From positions 345,976 through 409,975 of the forward strand of contig JBBAWM010000001.1 of assembly GCA_040397175.1 (NCBI GenBank): a stretch of 64,000 bases of DNA, in the 5' to 3' direction. Below, piece after piece: positions 29,798 to 40,507 of this stretch. Every line of letters starts with the position of its first letter. The first letter of the stretch is position 1. This DNA comes from Candidatus Limnocylindrus sp. Lineage in GTDB: Bacteria; Chloroflexota; Limnocylindria; Limnocylindrales; Limnocylindraceae. The position numbers were made by a program, and so were the translations under genes. The notes beneath the pieces were generated by a model. The model saw only the letters and a program-made list of their open reading frames with translations, ran no database searches and was not told the origin of the DNA.

Positions 29798-30756
29798 TGG
29801 CAACGGGTGCGACCCTCCATCGCCCCGTCTTACTGACTGAACTGCTCGGCGCGCTGGCGGTGCGCCCAAACGGCACCTATGTCGATGCAAACCTCGGTGG
29901 TGGCGGACACGCCGAAGCGGTGCTTGAAGCCTCCGGGCCACGCGGACTCCTTCTCGGTATTGATGCGGATGGTGGCGCGATCGCGATGAGTCGGGTGCGA
30001 CTCGCTCGCTTCGGCGACCGCCTCTCCACATTCCACGGGAGCAGCACACACCTTGTGCGCGCCATCACCGATGCGGGATTCAGTGAGGTCGACGGCGTCT
30101 ACTTTGACCTTGGGCTCTCCTCCGATCAGCTCGTCGACCGCGAACGCGGATTCGGCATTCGCGCGGGTGGCCTCCTCGACCTGCGCTTCGACACGCGCAC
30201 CGGTGAATCGGCGGCTGAGCTGGTTGCACAGGCGAGCGCTGCCGAGCTTGAGCAAATCTTCCGCGACTATGGTGAAGAGCCTCACGCGGCGAAGATTGCG
30301 CGCGCTATCGTTGCAGCGCGAGGGAGCGCGCCAATTACCACTGCAGAGGCACTTGCGGCGCTTGTAGAGCAGAGCGTGCCAAAACGATATGGCCCACCAT
30401 TGCGAATACATCCGGCAACGCGCGTCTTCCAGGCGCTGCGGATTGCCGTCAATGATGAGCTGACGGCGTTGAGCACCGCGCTCGTGGCAGCAATTGCCGC
30501 CCTTCGCGTTGGTGGGCGCATTGTCGTTCTGACCTATCACTCCCTCGAAGATCGCATCGTGAAGCAGGCGTTTGCTGCTGCCGCGCGCGACTGCATCTGC
30601 CCTCCGCGTGTACCTGTGTGTACCTGCATCAACCGAGCATCACTGCGCCTCATCACCAAGCACCCCATCACTGCAAGTGACGCGGAGATTGCGGCAAACC
30701 CGCGTAGCCGCAGCGCGAAGCTTCGCGCGGCAGAGCGATTAGAGCGCGCGGCATGA
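29797..30756 (+). CDS. rsmH: 16S rRNA m4C1402 methyltransferase
   Basis: HRPVLL, DANLGGGGHA, DLGLSS, HPATRVFQALRIAVNDE, HSLEDR, NPRSRSAKLR. Confidence 0.96.
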   Translation: MATGATLHRPVLLTELLGALAVRPNGTYVDANLGGGGHAEAVLEASGPRGLLLGIDADGGAIAMSRVRLARFGDRLSTFHGSSTHLVRAITDAGFSEVDGVYFDLGLSSDQLVDRERGFGIRAGGLLDLRFDTRTGESAAELVAQASAAELEQIFRDYGEEPHAAKIARAIVAARGSAPITTAEALAALVEQSVPKRYGPPLRIHPATRVFQALRIAVNDELTALSTALVAAIAALRVGGRIVVLTYHSLEDRIVKQAFAAAARDCICPPRVPVCTCINRASLRLITKHPITASDAEIAANPRSRSAKLRAAERLERAA

Positions 30757-31295
30757 CGACGATCGGCCGTCCACTCCGTGGTGCGCAGTTGATGACCCCG
30801 CCATATCAGCCACGCGCCGTCGATCGTCGCTTTGCCGCCTCGGCGCGTCAGCGTGCGGCAATTCGCAACGCCTTCCAGCCTTCACAGGCTGCGACGGGGA
30901 GTGGCTCTATTCGCATCGGCACGCGCCCGCTCCCGGGAACGCCGGTTGCGCGCACGGCGGTGATGCCGGGTGCGGCCCCGCGCGGGCGCATTGGCGTCTC
31001 GTCGTGGAACGCCGTTGAGCGGCACGGCGGACTGAGTGCGAAGCTCGGCTCGCTCCTCATGCCTACCGCGGTACTCTTTGGCGCATTCTTCATGTTGACG
31101 ATCCTCTCCATTGAGATCTCAACCTCGAGCGCCAAGGTCACCACCCTGATCGACGAGCAGACCCGCCTCATGGAGGTGATCCGAGTTGGTGAGACAGATA
31201 TGAGCCGGCTCGGTCGTGAGCCGGCCGTGCGCCGTCGAGTGACGGGCCTGGGCGTCGTGCAACTCTCCGATCCACTTGTCGTGGAGGTTCGCTAA
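30753..31295 (+). CDS. FtsL-like cell division protein (positional assignment)
   Basis: Between rsmH and ftsI; disordered N-terminus, one TM segment, short coiled coil and '..LG..' tail. Confidence 0.6.
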   Translation: MTTIGRPLRGAQLMTPPYQPRAVDRRFAASARQRAAIRNAFQPSQAATGSGSIRIGTRPLPGTPVARTAVMPGAAPRGRIGVSSWNAVERHGGLSAKLGSLLMPTAVLFGAFFMLTILSIEISTSSAKVTTLIDEQTRLMEVIRVGETDMSRLGREPAVRRRVTGLGVVQLSDPLVVEVR

Positions 31296-33215
31296 GTGGC
31301 GCGAGATCCTCGAAACCTGCGCACCGATTCGCACTTGCGGACCAGGGTGGTGACGGTCGTCTTGATTCTCGTTGCCATCGCCTGCGTGGCGCGGCTCGGC
31401 TACTGGCAGGTGATCGCGCGAGATCAACTCCTTGAGGCGGGTGCGGCACAGATGCGCTCAACTGTCACGAACGAGCCGATTCGGGGCACCATCACGGATC
31501 GCACCGGCGCCGTGGTACTGGCCACGACGGTCCTTCGTCACCGACTCCTCTCGCAGGGGTCTACCTTCTCAACGGCAGACCGAACTTTGACCGCCGACGC
31601 GTTAGCGACCGCACTTGGGCTGAGTCTGCCGATCGCCACCAAGGTGCGGGCCGCGCTTACCTCGGGTCGCAAGTGGGCGGTGCTCCTCCCCGCACTTGAC
31701 GACGCTCAGACCGATGTCGTTCGGGGCGAGATCGCGGCGGGCCGCGTGCGCGGTGTCACCCTTGAAGAGGTTCGGGTGCGCCTCTACCCGCAGCCGGGTG
31801 GTGGCGTTGGCGCCACCCTCGCGAGCCACATCCTCGGCTTCGTCAACTCCGATGGGGGCGGCCAGTATGGCCTCGAGCAGTACTACAACGAACAGCTGGC
31901 CGGTGCAGCGAGCGTCAGTACGACGGTGCGTGGCCCTGATGGGCAGCTGCAGACGACGCAGGTAAGTGCGGGCAGGAGCCCATCGAATCTGCAGCTCTGC
32001 ATCGATGCCACGCTGCAAACCCTCGTCGAGCAGGAGGTGACGACGGCCGGGATCGCGGATAATGCCGAATCGGTTAGCGCGATCGTGATGGATCCATATT
32101 CCGGAGCCGTGATCTCGTCGGCTTCTTGGCCCGCCTACGACGCCAACAACTTCGGAGTCACCGCGGCGCGCGACCCGAGCCGCTTCATCAACCCAGTCAC
32201 GACGAGTGTCTATGAACCTGGGTCGGTCATGAAGGCGATCACCTCTGTCGCTGCCCTTGAGTCGGGCCTCTACACCCCAACGACGGTGATCCAAGATGAG
32301 GCGCTGCTCACACTTGATAACGGCGCAACGAAAGTGCGCAACTCCGACCACAAATCACGGGGATCAATGACGCTAACCGCTGCGCTCGCCTGGAGTCGAA
32401 ACATCGTGTTCAGCAAGGTTGGACTCTCCCTCGGTGGCAACGCGCGCGAAGCGGCGGCGCGTCTCTACGCCACATGGCTACGCTTCGGATTCGGTGGCAA
32501 GACCGGCATTGATGTCGTTGGCGAGAGTCAGGGGCTGGTGAACGATCCAGCGGAGCGTCGATGGCGGGAGATTGATGTGGCAAATGCCTCATTTGGTCAG
32601 GGTGTCGGGACGACACTCGTGCAGCTTGCCGTCGCCTATTCGGCACTGGTGAACGGTGGCGTACTGGTACGTCCTCGTCTCGTTGATTCCATCGATGGCG
32701 TGCCCGTACCAATCACGGTGCGTGGAACGGCAACCACCCCACAGGTTTCTGCACAACTCGTCAGCATGACGGGTCAGGTGACCAAGAGCGTGCCCTTCTA
32801 TGCCAAGTTGACTCGCATGGATGGGTACTCCTACGGCGGCAAGACCGGAACTGCCCAGATTTGGTTGAAGGGAGCTGACAACGGCAAGGGCGCATGGGAT
32901 TCCGATCACTACAACTTCACCTTTGTCGGTTGGGTTGGCAAGACGACGCCAGAGTATGTGATCGCAATCTCTATTCGCCGTGGTACGCCCGTCACGCAGC
33001 GCCAAGGTGCGATCATCAACCGCATTGAGTCGTTTGAGCTCTTCCGCCGCGTGGCGCAAGACCTCATCTCCGTCTACAACATCCCCCCCGCCGTTGCGGC
33101 TGCAGCAGGCGGCTTGACTCCCCCCACCCACCCTGGCGCGCCGGAACCCTCCGCTCCGGTTTTGCCGGCGGTGGGTGGGGATCTACCAACCTTCCGGAGC
33201 TGGAGGCGCGGATGA
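31296..33215 (+). CDS. ftsI: Class B penicillin-binding protein (FtsI/SpoVD family)
   Basis: N-terminal TM, RGTITDR, RLYP, GLEQYY; transpeptidase motifs SVMK, SRN and KTG. Confidence 0.9.
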   Translation: MARDPRNLRTDSHLRTRVVTVVLILVAIACVARLGYWQVIARDQLLEAGAAQMRSTVTNEPIRGTITDRTGAVVLATTVLRHRLLSQGSTFSTADRTLTADALATALGLSLPIATKVRAALTSGRKWAVLLPALDDAQTDVVRGEIAAGRVRGVTLEEVRVRLYPQPGGGVGATLASHILGFVNSDGGGQYGLEQYYNEQLAGAASVSTTVRGPDGQLQTTQVSAGRSPSNLQLCIDATLQTLVEQEVTTAGIADNAESVSAIVMDPYSGAVISSASWPAYDANNFGVTAARDPSRFINPVTTSVYEPGSVMKAITSVAALESGLYTPTTVIQDEALLTLDNGATKVRNSDHKSRGSMTLTAALAWSRNIVFSKVGLSLGGNAREAAARLYATWLRFGFGGKTGIDVVGESQGLVNDPAERRWREIDVANASFGQGVGTTLVQLAVAYSALVNGGVLVRPRLVDSIDGVPVPITVRGTATTPQVSAQLVSMTGQVTKSVPFYAKLTRMDGYSYGGKTGTAQIWLKGADNGKGAWDSDHYNFTFVGWVGKTTPEYVIAISIRRGTPVTQRQGAIINRIESFELFRRVAQDLISVYNIPPAVAAAAGGLTPPTHPGAPEPSAPVLPAVGGDLPTFRSWRRG

Positions 33216-34699
33216 TGGCCCTCTCGGCAACTCCGCGAACGGTCAGCGGACCTCTCGCGACATCGGGTCGCGAGCTTGCAAGCATCCTCGGTGGCACGCT
33301 GATCGTTGATGGCCAACAGCCGATCCGCGGATGCGCGGTTGACTCCCGCGTCGTCACTGCGGGTCAGATGTTCCTCGCACTACCCGGTGAGCAGACGCAC
33401 GGACTCCGTCATGCTGGCGAGGCGTTGCACGCTGGTGCAGCGGCGATCGTCGTTGAGGCTGGAGCGGCCACCGCGGCGATGCCAGAGGTGCTCGCCGAAG
33501 TGGAGCGAGCGGCACGCGGGGCGGGCGCCACGCTCATCAGCGTCGACAACGGCCGGGTTGCACTCAACCGCGCGGCGACCGATTGGCGCAACCGCTTCAC
33601 ACTCGAGGTGATTGGCGTCACCGGATCAGTGGGAAAGACCACGACGAAGCAGCTCATCGCCGCCGCCCTTGGGGGTGAGGCTGCCGGGTGCGCCGCCACT
33701 CCCGGGAATGCCAACAACGAGCTCGGCCTGCCCATGTCGCTCCTGAATCTTCCTGACGGAACCGTGCGCTACGTCGCCGAGATGGGGATGTACGTGGAGG
33801 GCGATATCCGGGCGCTCTGTACCTTGGCCCGCCCCCACATCGGCGTGGTGACCGCCATTGATGCCGTGCATGCTGAGCGGGCAGGTGACCTTGATGCCAT
33901 CGAACGTGGCAAGGGTGAGCTCGTGGAGTCACTCCCGCCCGAGGGATGGGCTCTCCTCGCCGCCGACGACTCCCGCGTCCTCCGTCTCGCCGCGCGTACC
34001 CGAGCGCAAACCGTGACCGCTGGTCACGCTACCGGCGCCAACGTTCGCATCGTTGAGACCGCGCTCGATGAGCCATCAGGTCACACGCTCGTCACGCTAC
34101 AGATCCGCGACGAATTAGTGCGTGTTGATCTGCCGCTCTTTGGGCTCCACTTCGCCAAGGCGGCGGCGCTTGCGATTGCCGTCGCGGACATCTGTGGCAT
34201 TACACCGAGCGACGCCGCGACCAGGCTCGCCGCAGTTCAGCTTCCATCTGGCCGTGCAACGGTGCACATGTTCGCCGGGATCCGGCTGATCGATGACGCG
34301 TATAACGCTGCACCAACGAGCATGGCAGCTGCGCTGGCGACTCTCGCAGCCTGTCGCCCACGCCGCTTTGCAGCGCTTGGCGCAATGGGGGAGCTCGGCG
34401 CCTATGCCGCTGATGCGCACAACGCAGTCGGCGAGGCCGCCGCCGCAAGTGGGCTTGAGCTCCTCATCGTCTTTGGCGCCGAGGCGGACGGGATTGCCGA
34501 AGGTGCACGCGCAAGTGGAATGCCAATCCTGAAGATCATGCGCCTCAGTAGTGATGCAGCAGGTATCGCTGCAGCCGTCGGACTCTTAGGCGATAAGGCG
34601 GCTTCGGGCGACACCATCTTGGTGAAGGCGTCGCGCTCCGTTGCGCTAGAGCGGCTGGTTGGTGGGCTAGAAACCCGCTGGGGTGAGGGGGCGCGATGA
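33212..34699 (+). CDS. murF: UDP-MurNAc-tripeptide--D-Ala-D-Ala ligase
   Basis: GVTGSVGKTTTK, NNELGLP, EMGM, DDAYNAAP, GAMGELG, VKASR. Confidence 0.93.
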   Translation: MMALSATPRTVSGPLATSGRELASILGGTLIVDGQQPIRGCAVDSRVVTAGQMFLALPGEQTHGLRHAGEALHAGAAAIVVEAGAATAAMPEVLAEVERAARGAGATLISVDNGRVALNRAATDWRNRFTLEVIGVTGSVGKTTTKQLIAAALGGEAAGCAATPGNANNELGLPMSLLNLPDGTVRYVAEMGMYVEGDIRALCTLARPHIGVVTAIDAVHAERAGDLDAIERGKGELVESLPPEGWALLAADDSRVLRLAARTRAQTVTAGHATGANVRIVETALDEPSGHTLVTLQIRDELVRVDLPLFGLHFAKAAALAIAVADICGITPSDAATRLAAVQLPSGRATVHMFAGIRLIDDAYNAAPTSMAAALATLAACRPRRFAALGAMGELGAYAADAHNAVGEAAAASGLELLIVFGAEADGIAEGARASGMPILKIMRLSSDAAGIAAAVGLLGDKAASGDTILVKASRSVALERLVGGLETRWGEGAR

Positions 34700-35667
34700 T
34701 TGCCATCGTGCAGGCGCTGGTCCTCGCATTCCTGTGTGTCTTCGTACTGATGCCGGCGTACCTGCGCCTCTTGAAGTACGCAGGATTCGGTAAGCGCGTA
34801 CGACGGGAGTTTGGCCCGGAGTGGCATATCGTCAAAGAGGGAACCCCGACGATGGGAGGGTTGCTGCTCACGGCGATCGTGATTGCCCTTGCGCTCCTCC
34901 TCGACGCCGTCGACGCTTCAACCTACGCCGTGCTGCTGGCACTGCTCGGCGTTACCCTCCTCGGCGCGTTTGATGATTGGATGAATGCGCGAACGGGCGA
35001 TGGAATCTCGGCGCGACAGAAGCTCCTCTGGCAGACCGGCGTGGCAGTCATTTCGGCAATCTACCTGCAGCAGCACTTCGCCTTCTCCTCACTTGTCGTG
35101 CCATTCGTTGGTGAGGTGCCAATCGCGCCAATCTTGTGGATCACCGTTGCCGTCGTTGCCATCGTCGCAACGAGCAACGGCGTGAACCTTACCGACGGCC
35201 TCGACGGGCTCTCCGGTGGAACGATGACGTTCGCCTGGATCAGCTACATGGTCATTGCGCTCCTCAACGCGCCGGGGCAGGTGAATCTGGCGATCGTTTG
35301 CGCGCTCATTGCCGGTGCCTTGGTCGGCTTCCTCTGGTTTAACGTGCATCCGGCAAGCGTGATCATCGGCGATGCAGGCGCACTTGGATTCGGAGCCGCA
35401 CTCGCCGTGACGGGACTGGTGACGGGCCACGTGCTGCTCCTACCGCTCATCGGCATCATCTTCGTGGTGGAGACGGGCTCGGTCATCTTGCAGGTTGCGA
35501 GCGTCAAGCTCACCGGCAGGCGCATCTTCCTCTTCACGCCCATTCACCACCACTTTGAGCGGCTCGGTTGGGCGGAGACGCAAATAACCTTCCGCTTCTG
35601 GATCATCGGTGCGATTGGCGGGATCCTCGGCATCGTGACCTTTCTGGCAACTCGAGCGCAAGGATGA
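34696..35667 (+). CDS. mraY: Phospho-N-acetylmuramoyl-pentapeptide transferase
   Basis: KEGTPTMGG, DD, NGVNLTDGLDGL, GDAG, ETGSV, PIHHHFE. Confidence 0.96.
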   Translation: MIAIVQALVLAFLCVFVLMPAYLRLLKYAGFGKRVRREFGPEWHIVKEGTPTMGGLLLTAIVIALALLLDAVDASTYAVLLALLGVTLLGAFDDWMNARTGDGISARQKLLWQTGVAVISAIYLQQHFAFSSLVVPFVGEVPIAPILWITVAVVAIVATSNGVNLTDGLDGLSGGTMTFAWISYMVIALLNAPGQVNLAIVCALIAGALVGFLWFNVHPASVIIGDAGALGFGAALAVTGLVTGHVLLLPLIGIIFVVETGSVILQVASVKLTGRRIFLFTPIHHHFERLGWAETQITFRFWIIGAIGGILGIVTFLATRAQG

Positions 35668-37220
35668 GCGGCGACGGCATTACGCTCACTGACCTCGAAG
35701 CGCCAGCCATTGCGGCGGGGAGCCTTCGCGGACGCAACGTGCTCATCCTTGGAGCCGGGCGTACCGGTCAGGCAACCGCCGCATTTGCCGCTGGAGCGGG
35801 CGCCTACGTGACGGTACACGACACGGATACGATCGAGCGCGTGGTCGGCGCCGCTGAGTCCTTCGCCGGCGGTGGAATACACACCTCTTTCGGTGATGAC
35901 GAGAACCTCGCACCACTCCTCGCCAAGGCAGATCTTGTCGTCCATAGCCCCGCGGTAACGCTGGGGTTCCCTACGGTGCGCCCCGCCATTGAGCGCGACC
36001 TTCGCGCCTTTGCCGCGCGCGCGATCCCGCTGGTCGGGGAGGGGGGCGCCCATGGTCAAATCCTGATCAGCGAACCCGAGTGGGCGCTCCGCCTGCTGGG
36101 AAGCAGATGGCGCATCGGGGTAACGGGAACGAAGGGGAAGAGCACCACCTGCAACCTGATCGCGACGATCCTCGCGCGCGACCCTTCGCACCCAGTTGAG
36201 CTTGGCGGCAACAATGGGAAGCCGCTCATCGGTCGCGCAGCAACCCTTCCAGCGGAGACACGCGTCGTGATCGAGCTGTCGGAACTGCAACTTCCGTCGC
36301 TCCACTCGACCGTTGACGTCGGAGTGTTTACGAACGTGACCGCCGATCACCTCGATCGACATGGAAGTGTGAGCGCCTATCGCAGCGTCAAGCGCCTCCT
36401 CGCCGATCGCATCGCCGAGGATGGCGTCATGATCGTCAATCTCGACGATCCAGTGGTGGCCGCGTATGCAGGTATCGGCCGCGTCGAAACTGTTGGGTAT
36501 CGCCTTAGCAGCCCAATGCCAGGTGGCGTCGGCATTGTTGATGGATGGATCGTCGCGGCTGGCGTACCGCGAGCGGCGCGATTTGGGGGCGGTGTCGCCG
36601 CGACTGGACCCGGCGGTCGCATCATGCCCGTCGGCGAGATTGCGCTCCCCGGCGACCATAGCGTGAGTAATGTGCTGGCTGCCATCAGCGTGGCGCTCGT
36701 TGCGGGGGTCGCCCCCGACGCAATCCGCAGCGCGGTGGGATCGTTCACTGGCATCCCGCATCGCCTTGAGACTGTGGCCGTAATCAAGGGCATTCGCTAC
36801 GTGAATGATTCACAGGCGACGCAACCAGATGCGGTTGCAGCTGCGGTGCGCTCCTTCCCGAAACCACTCGTCCTGATCGCTGGAGGGCGGAGCAAGGGGC
36901 TTGATCTCGTAGACCTAGCACCGATCGTTGCCATCCACTGCTCCGCGGCGGTGGTGATGGGCGAACTCGCAGACGAGCTCGAGGCGCTCTTCCGCGGTGC
37001 AGGGCTGACACGTATTGCCCGTGCGACGAGTGTCGAAGGAGCCGTAGAGGTTGGAGCACTGCTTGCTGAGGAGCTTGGTACCGAAAGCCCCAATGGCATT
37101 CGAGCAACGCTGCTGTTGAGCCCAATCGGCTCTAGTTTTGATATGTACAACAATCCATTTGGCGCGCGTGGCGAGGCCTTCCGCGCCGCCGTACTTGCCC
37201 GGGCGGAGTCGCCACGATGA
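35664..37220 (+). CDS. murD: UDP-MurNAc-L-Ala--D-Glu ligase
   Basis: GAGRTG, GVTGTKGKSTT, ELSELQL, DHLDRH, PHRLE, NDSQAT, LLSPIGSSFDMY; ATGA overlap with mraY. Confidence 0.92.
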   Translation: MSGDGITLTDLEAPAIAAGSLRGRNVLILGAGRTGQATAAFAAGAGAYVTVHDTDTIERVVGAAESFAGGGIHTSFGDDENLAPLLAKADLVVHSPAVTLGFPTVRPAIERDLRAFAARAIPLVGEGGAHGQILISEPEWALRLLGSRWRIGVTGTKGKSTTCNLIATILARDPSHPVELGGNNGKPLIGRAATLPAETRVVIELSELQLPSLHSTVDVGVFTNVTADHLDRHGSVSAYRSVKRLLADRIAEDGVMIVNLDDPVVAAYAGIGRVETVGYRLSSPMPGGVGIVDGWIVAAGVPRAARFGGGVAATGPGGRIMPVGEIALPGDHSVSNVLAAISVALVAGVAPDAIRSAVGSFTGIPHRLETVAVIKGIRYVNDSQATQPDAVAAAVRSFPKPLVLIAGGRSKGLDLVDLAPIVAIHCSAAVVMGELADELEALFRGAGLTRIARATSVEGAVEVGALLAEELGTESPNGIRATLLLSPIGSSFDMYNNPFGARGEAFRAAVLARAESPR

Positions 37221-38542
37221 GCCGACTTGTGCGACAGGGTGGTCCGATGCGCACGCCGGGGGCTCGACCGATGAACGGGAGCTCGTCGAGGCGCAGCGGC
37301 ACAACGCGGCAGCGCATTGCGAGTGCGCTACGGATTGAGCGGCCCGGTGAAGATATGGCGATTCTCTTCCCTGCAGTTGTCCTCGTTGGGATTGGTGTGC
37401 TCATGGTGTTCTCCGCCTCCGCCATGAACAATCTGATCAAGAACAACGACGCCTACGGCGCAGGCATTCGACAACTCTTCTACGCGGTGATCGGGGCGGC
37501 AGTCATGTACCTCTTCTCTGCCGCTGACTACCGTCGCTGGCGCCCCTTCGCCCCCTTTGCGATGGTCGTGTCGATCGCACTCCTCCTTGCAGTGCTGATT
37601 CCGGGAGTTCCGACCGAGGCGGGTTTGCGGCGTTCGCTCTCGATTGGCCCAATTAGCATCCATGCCGCAGAGGCGGCGAAGTTCTCGTTGATCCTTTTCT
37701 TGGCCGATCTCCTCGCACGGCGGGGCCAGGAGGTGGGGAAGATGTTCGAGACGATGCTCTCCCCACTGCTGGCGATTGCGCTCTCGGTCGGGCTTGTGCT
37801 GGTTGAGCCTGACCTTGGCACGGCGTCGATTCTCGGCCTCATCGGTTTCTCGCTCCTCTTTGTTGCAGGTGTCCCACTTCGCTGGGTGTTGGCGCCAGGG
37901 CTCGCCGCCGCAGCGTTCGCCATCACAATGATCTTCGTCAACGGATACCAGGCCGCTCGCCTCGGCGGGTTCAGTGATCCATTCTCTGACCCAACCGGCT
38001 CGACGTACCAGACGCTTCAAGGTTTGATCGCCATGGCCGTCGGTGGGCCGCTCGGCTCCGGTCTCGGCTCCTCCCAGCAGTTGGGAGGGATCAATATTCC
38101 GTACGCCTGGAACGACTACATCTTTGCCGTCATCGGAGAGGAGGTCGGCCTCCTTGGCATGCTCACCGTCATCGTCGCCTTCTTGGCGATTGCCCTTCGC
38201 GGCCTGCGAGCGGCACGTCTCGCCCCCGACACCTACGGCGCGCTCCTTGCGACCGGCATCGTGGTGTGGATCTCTGGGCAGGCCTTCGTGAACATTGCGG
38301 TGGTGCTCGCCCTGCTCCCCGTTACGGGGGTGCCGCTCCCGCTCGTCTCCCAGGGCGGCTCGTCACTCATTGTGTTGATGGCGGCCATCGGGCTGCTCCT
38401 CTCGGTATCGCGTGAGACGATGAGTACAGGTCAGGCAGGAGGTAGTGATGCGCGTGCTAATCGCGGGTGGCGGAACGGGGGGACATCTCTTCCCAGCGTT
38501 CGCCGTAGCTCGTACGGTTCGCCAACTCCATACCGGCGCTGA
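37217..38542 (+). CDS. ftsW: SEDS-family peptidoglycan polymerase FtsW
   Basis: VFSAS, EAAK, EPDLGT, YQAAR, YQTLQG, DYIFAVIGEEVG, PVTGVPLPLVSQGGSS. Start codon uncertain. Confidence 0.93.
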   Translation: MSRLVRQGGPMRTPGARPMNGSSSRRSGTTRQRIASALRIERPGEDMAILFPAVVLVGIGVLMVFSASAMNNLIKNNDAYGAGIRQLFYAVIGAAVMYLFSAADYRRWRPFAPFAMVVSIALLLAVLIPGVPTEAGLRRSLSIGPISIHAAEAAKFSLILFLADLLARRGQEVGKMFETMLSPLLAIALSVGLVLVEPDLGTASILGLIGFSLLFVAGVPLRWVLAPGLAAAAFAITMIFVNGYQAARLGGFSDPFSDPTGSTYQTLQGLIAMAVGGPLGSGLGSSQQLGGINIPYAWNDYIFAVIGEEVGLLGMLTVIVAFLAIALRGLRAARLAPDTYGALLATGIVVWISGQAFVNIAVVLALLPVTGVPLPLVSQGGSSLIVLMAAIGLLLSVSRETMSTGQAGGSDARANRGWRNGGTSLPSVRRSSYGSPTPYRR

Positions 38543-39551
38543 GATCAGCTGGCTCGGCGGCGCGCGTGGCGTCGAGTCGCGCCTCGTTGCAGAGGCGGGC
38601 ATTCCGCTCACCCTCCTGGCCGCCCCAAGCCTGCGACCGAGCGGCGCAGGGTTGCTCGCGACGGCGCGTGATGCCGCCGCGCTGCTCTGGTCGATCCCTC
38701 AGGCGATCCGCCTCATTCGTCGTTTTCGACCCGATGTGATCTTCTCAACGGGCGGCTACATCGCCATCCCCACACTGATCGCCGCGTGGCTGACGCGCAC
38801 GCCGAGCCTCCTGTGGGAGGGGAACGTCCAGGCAGGTCGCTCCAACACCCTCGTGGCGCCGCTTGCCACGCATCTCGCCGTCGCCTGGCGAAAAACTGCG
38901 GAGCGTGCACCGTGGAGTGGGGGAAAAACAACGGTGACTGGCACACCCGTGCGTGGGCTTGCGATCAGCCGCGAGTCCGCGCGCGCGGCACGTGGACTCG
39001 TGGAGGGTGACCAACTCCTCCTCGTGTTCGGCGGCTCGCAACGCGTTCGTCGATTCGAGACGGCACTCGACGGTGCGCTCACAACACTCCTTACCAATTG
39101 GACCGTACTCCACGTCGTGATGGAGGGACTGCCAGATGCTGAGCGCCGTCGAGCAAGTCTGCCAAGGGAACTTCGTCACCGGTATGTGCCCGTTGCATTC
39201 CTTGGTGGCGGAGAGATGGAGTCGGCCCTCGTCGCGGCTGACTTGATGCTTGGACGTGCTGGCGCGTCAACGATTGCCGAGGCTGCCGCTGCGGGACTCC
39301 CCGCCATCATCGTGCCCTACCCGTATGCGGGTGGCCATCAACGTGCGAATGCTGAGGCCGCCGCAGAGGCTGGTGCAGCCACCATGATCAACGATGAAGC
39401 GTTGACCTCTGACCGCCTCCTCGCCGCAGTCCAACACTATGCGACACCCGCTCAGCGCGCTGCAGCGGCGCGCGCGGCCACGACGCTGGCGCACCCTGAT
39501 GCCACGGTGGTGATTGCGGAGAAGTTGTTGCAGTTGGGCGGTCGGCGATGA
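38448..39551 (+). CDS. murG: Undecaprenyl-PP-MurNAc-pentapeptide GlcNAc transferase
   Basis: GGAGGT Shine-Dalgarno; AGGGTGGH, GGY, GTPVR, GGSQ, RAGASTIAE, PYP...HQRANA. Confidence 0.95.
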   Translation: MRVLIAGGGTGGHLFPAFAVARTVRQLHTGAEISWLGGARGVESRLVAEAGIPLTLLAAPSLRPSGAGLLATARDAAALLWSIPQAIRLIRRFRPDVIFSTGGYIAIPTLIAAWLTRTPSLLWEGNVQAGRSNTLVAPLATHLAVAWRKTAERAPWSGGKTTVTGTPVRGLAISRESARAARGLVEGDQLLLVFGGSQRVRRFETALDGALTTLLTNWTVLHVVMEGLPDAERRRASLPRELRHRYVPVAFLGGGEMESALVAADLMLGRAGASTIAEAAAAGLPAIIVPYPYAGGHQRANAEAAAEAGAATMINDEALTSDRLLAAVQHYATPAQRAAAARAATTLAHPDATVVIAEKLLQLGGRR

Positions 39552-40507
39552 GCGATGTGCAGCGCGTTCATCCGTGGGCCGATGCGGAGGTAGCTGCGCG
39601 CGAACTCGAGCGCCGCCTCAGCTTGAAGGTGCTGCGTAACGAGCCCCTCGCCGAGCACACCACGATGCGTGTCGGTGGTCCAGCCGACCTTCTCGTCACC
39701 ATCCGCGATCGCTTCGCCCTGCGTGGGCTGGTTCGCCTCGCTGCGTCACGTAGCTGGCCGCTGCTCATCCTTGGGCGCGGTAGCAATGTGGTCGTGGGCG
39801 ATCGCGGCATTCGCGGCATCGTTGCGTTGAATCGCAGCGCGGGGTACGACGTGGATCAATCAGCGGGAACGATCTCCTTTGATTCAGGAGTCCCCATGGC
39901 GAAGGCATCGACGATCGCCGCCGAGGCTGGGCTGACCGGACTGGAGTTTGCCCTTGCGATTCCGGGGAACATCGGCGGCGCCATCTGGGCGAATGCGGGA
40001 GCGCATGGCGGTGAGATGGCTGCGATTACCCGTTCTGTGACGCTCCTTCGGGCGGACGGCGCCGAGGTAGAGATCCCGGTCGCCGAGGCGGAATTTCGCT
40101 ACCGCGAATCGCGATTCAAGCGGCCCGAGGGGGGCGGCGAGGTGATTCTGGGAGCGACGGTCAGCCTCACACCGGGCGATCCAGACGTCATCAAAGGGCA
40201 CCTCGAGGAGATCCGTCGCTGGCGTCGCGAGCATCAGCCGCTCGGCATACCGAGCGCCGGCAGTGTCTTCCGCAACCCCCCAGGTGAGCTGAGCGCAGGC
40301 GCGCTCATCGAGGCTGCAGGGATGAAGGGGGTGCGGATTGGCGGCGCTGAGGTCTCGGAGATGCACGCCAATTGGATCCTGAATCGTGGGGGAGCAACCG
40401 CAGCGGATATCCGCGCGTTACATGACGCCTGCCGCGATGCTGTCCAGGCACAGCGCGGGATCACACTCGCTACGGAGATCGCCTTCGTTGGAGAGCTCAC
40501 CGCATGA
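39548..40507 (+). CDS. murB: UDP-N-acetylenolpyruvoylglucosamine reductase
   Basis: HTTMRVGGPA, GRGSN, GLEF..IPG..GG...NAGA, FRYRES, SAGSVFRNP, HANW. Confidence 0.95.
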   Translation: MSDVQRVHPWADAEVAARELERRLSLKVLRNEPLAEHTTMRVGGPADLLVTIRDRFALRGLVRLAASRSWPLLILGRGSNVVVGDRGIRGIVALNRSAGYDVDQSAGTISFDSGVPMAKASTIAAEAGLTGLEFALAIPGNIGGAIWANAGAHGGEMAAITRSVTLLRADGAEVEIPVAEAEFRYRESRFKRPEGGGEVILGATVSLTPGDPDVIKGHLEEIRRWRREHQPLGIPSAGSVFRNPPGELSAGALIEAAGMKGVRIGGAEVSEMHANWILNRGGATAADIRALHDACRDAVQAQRGITLATEIAFVGELTA

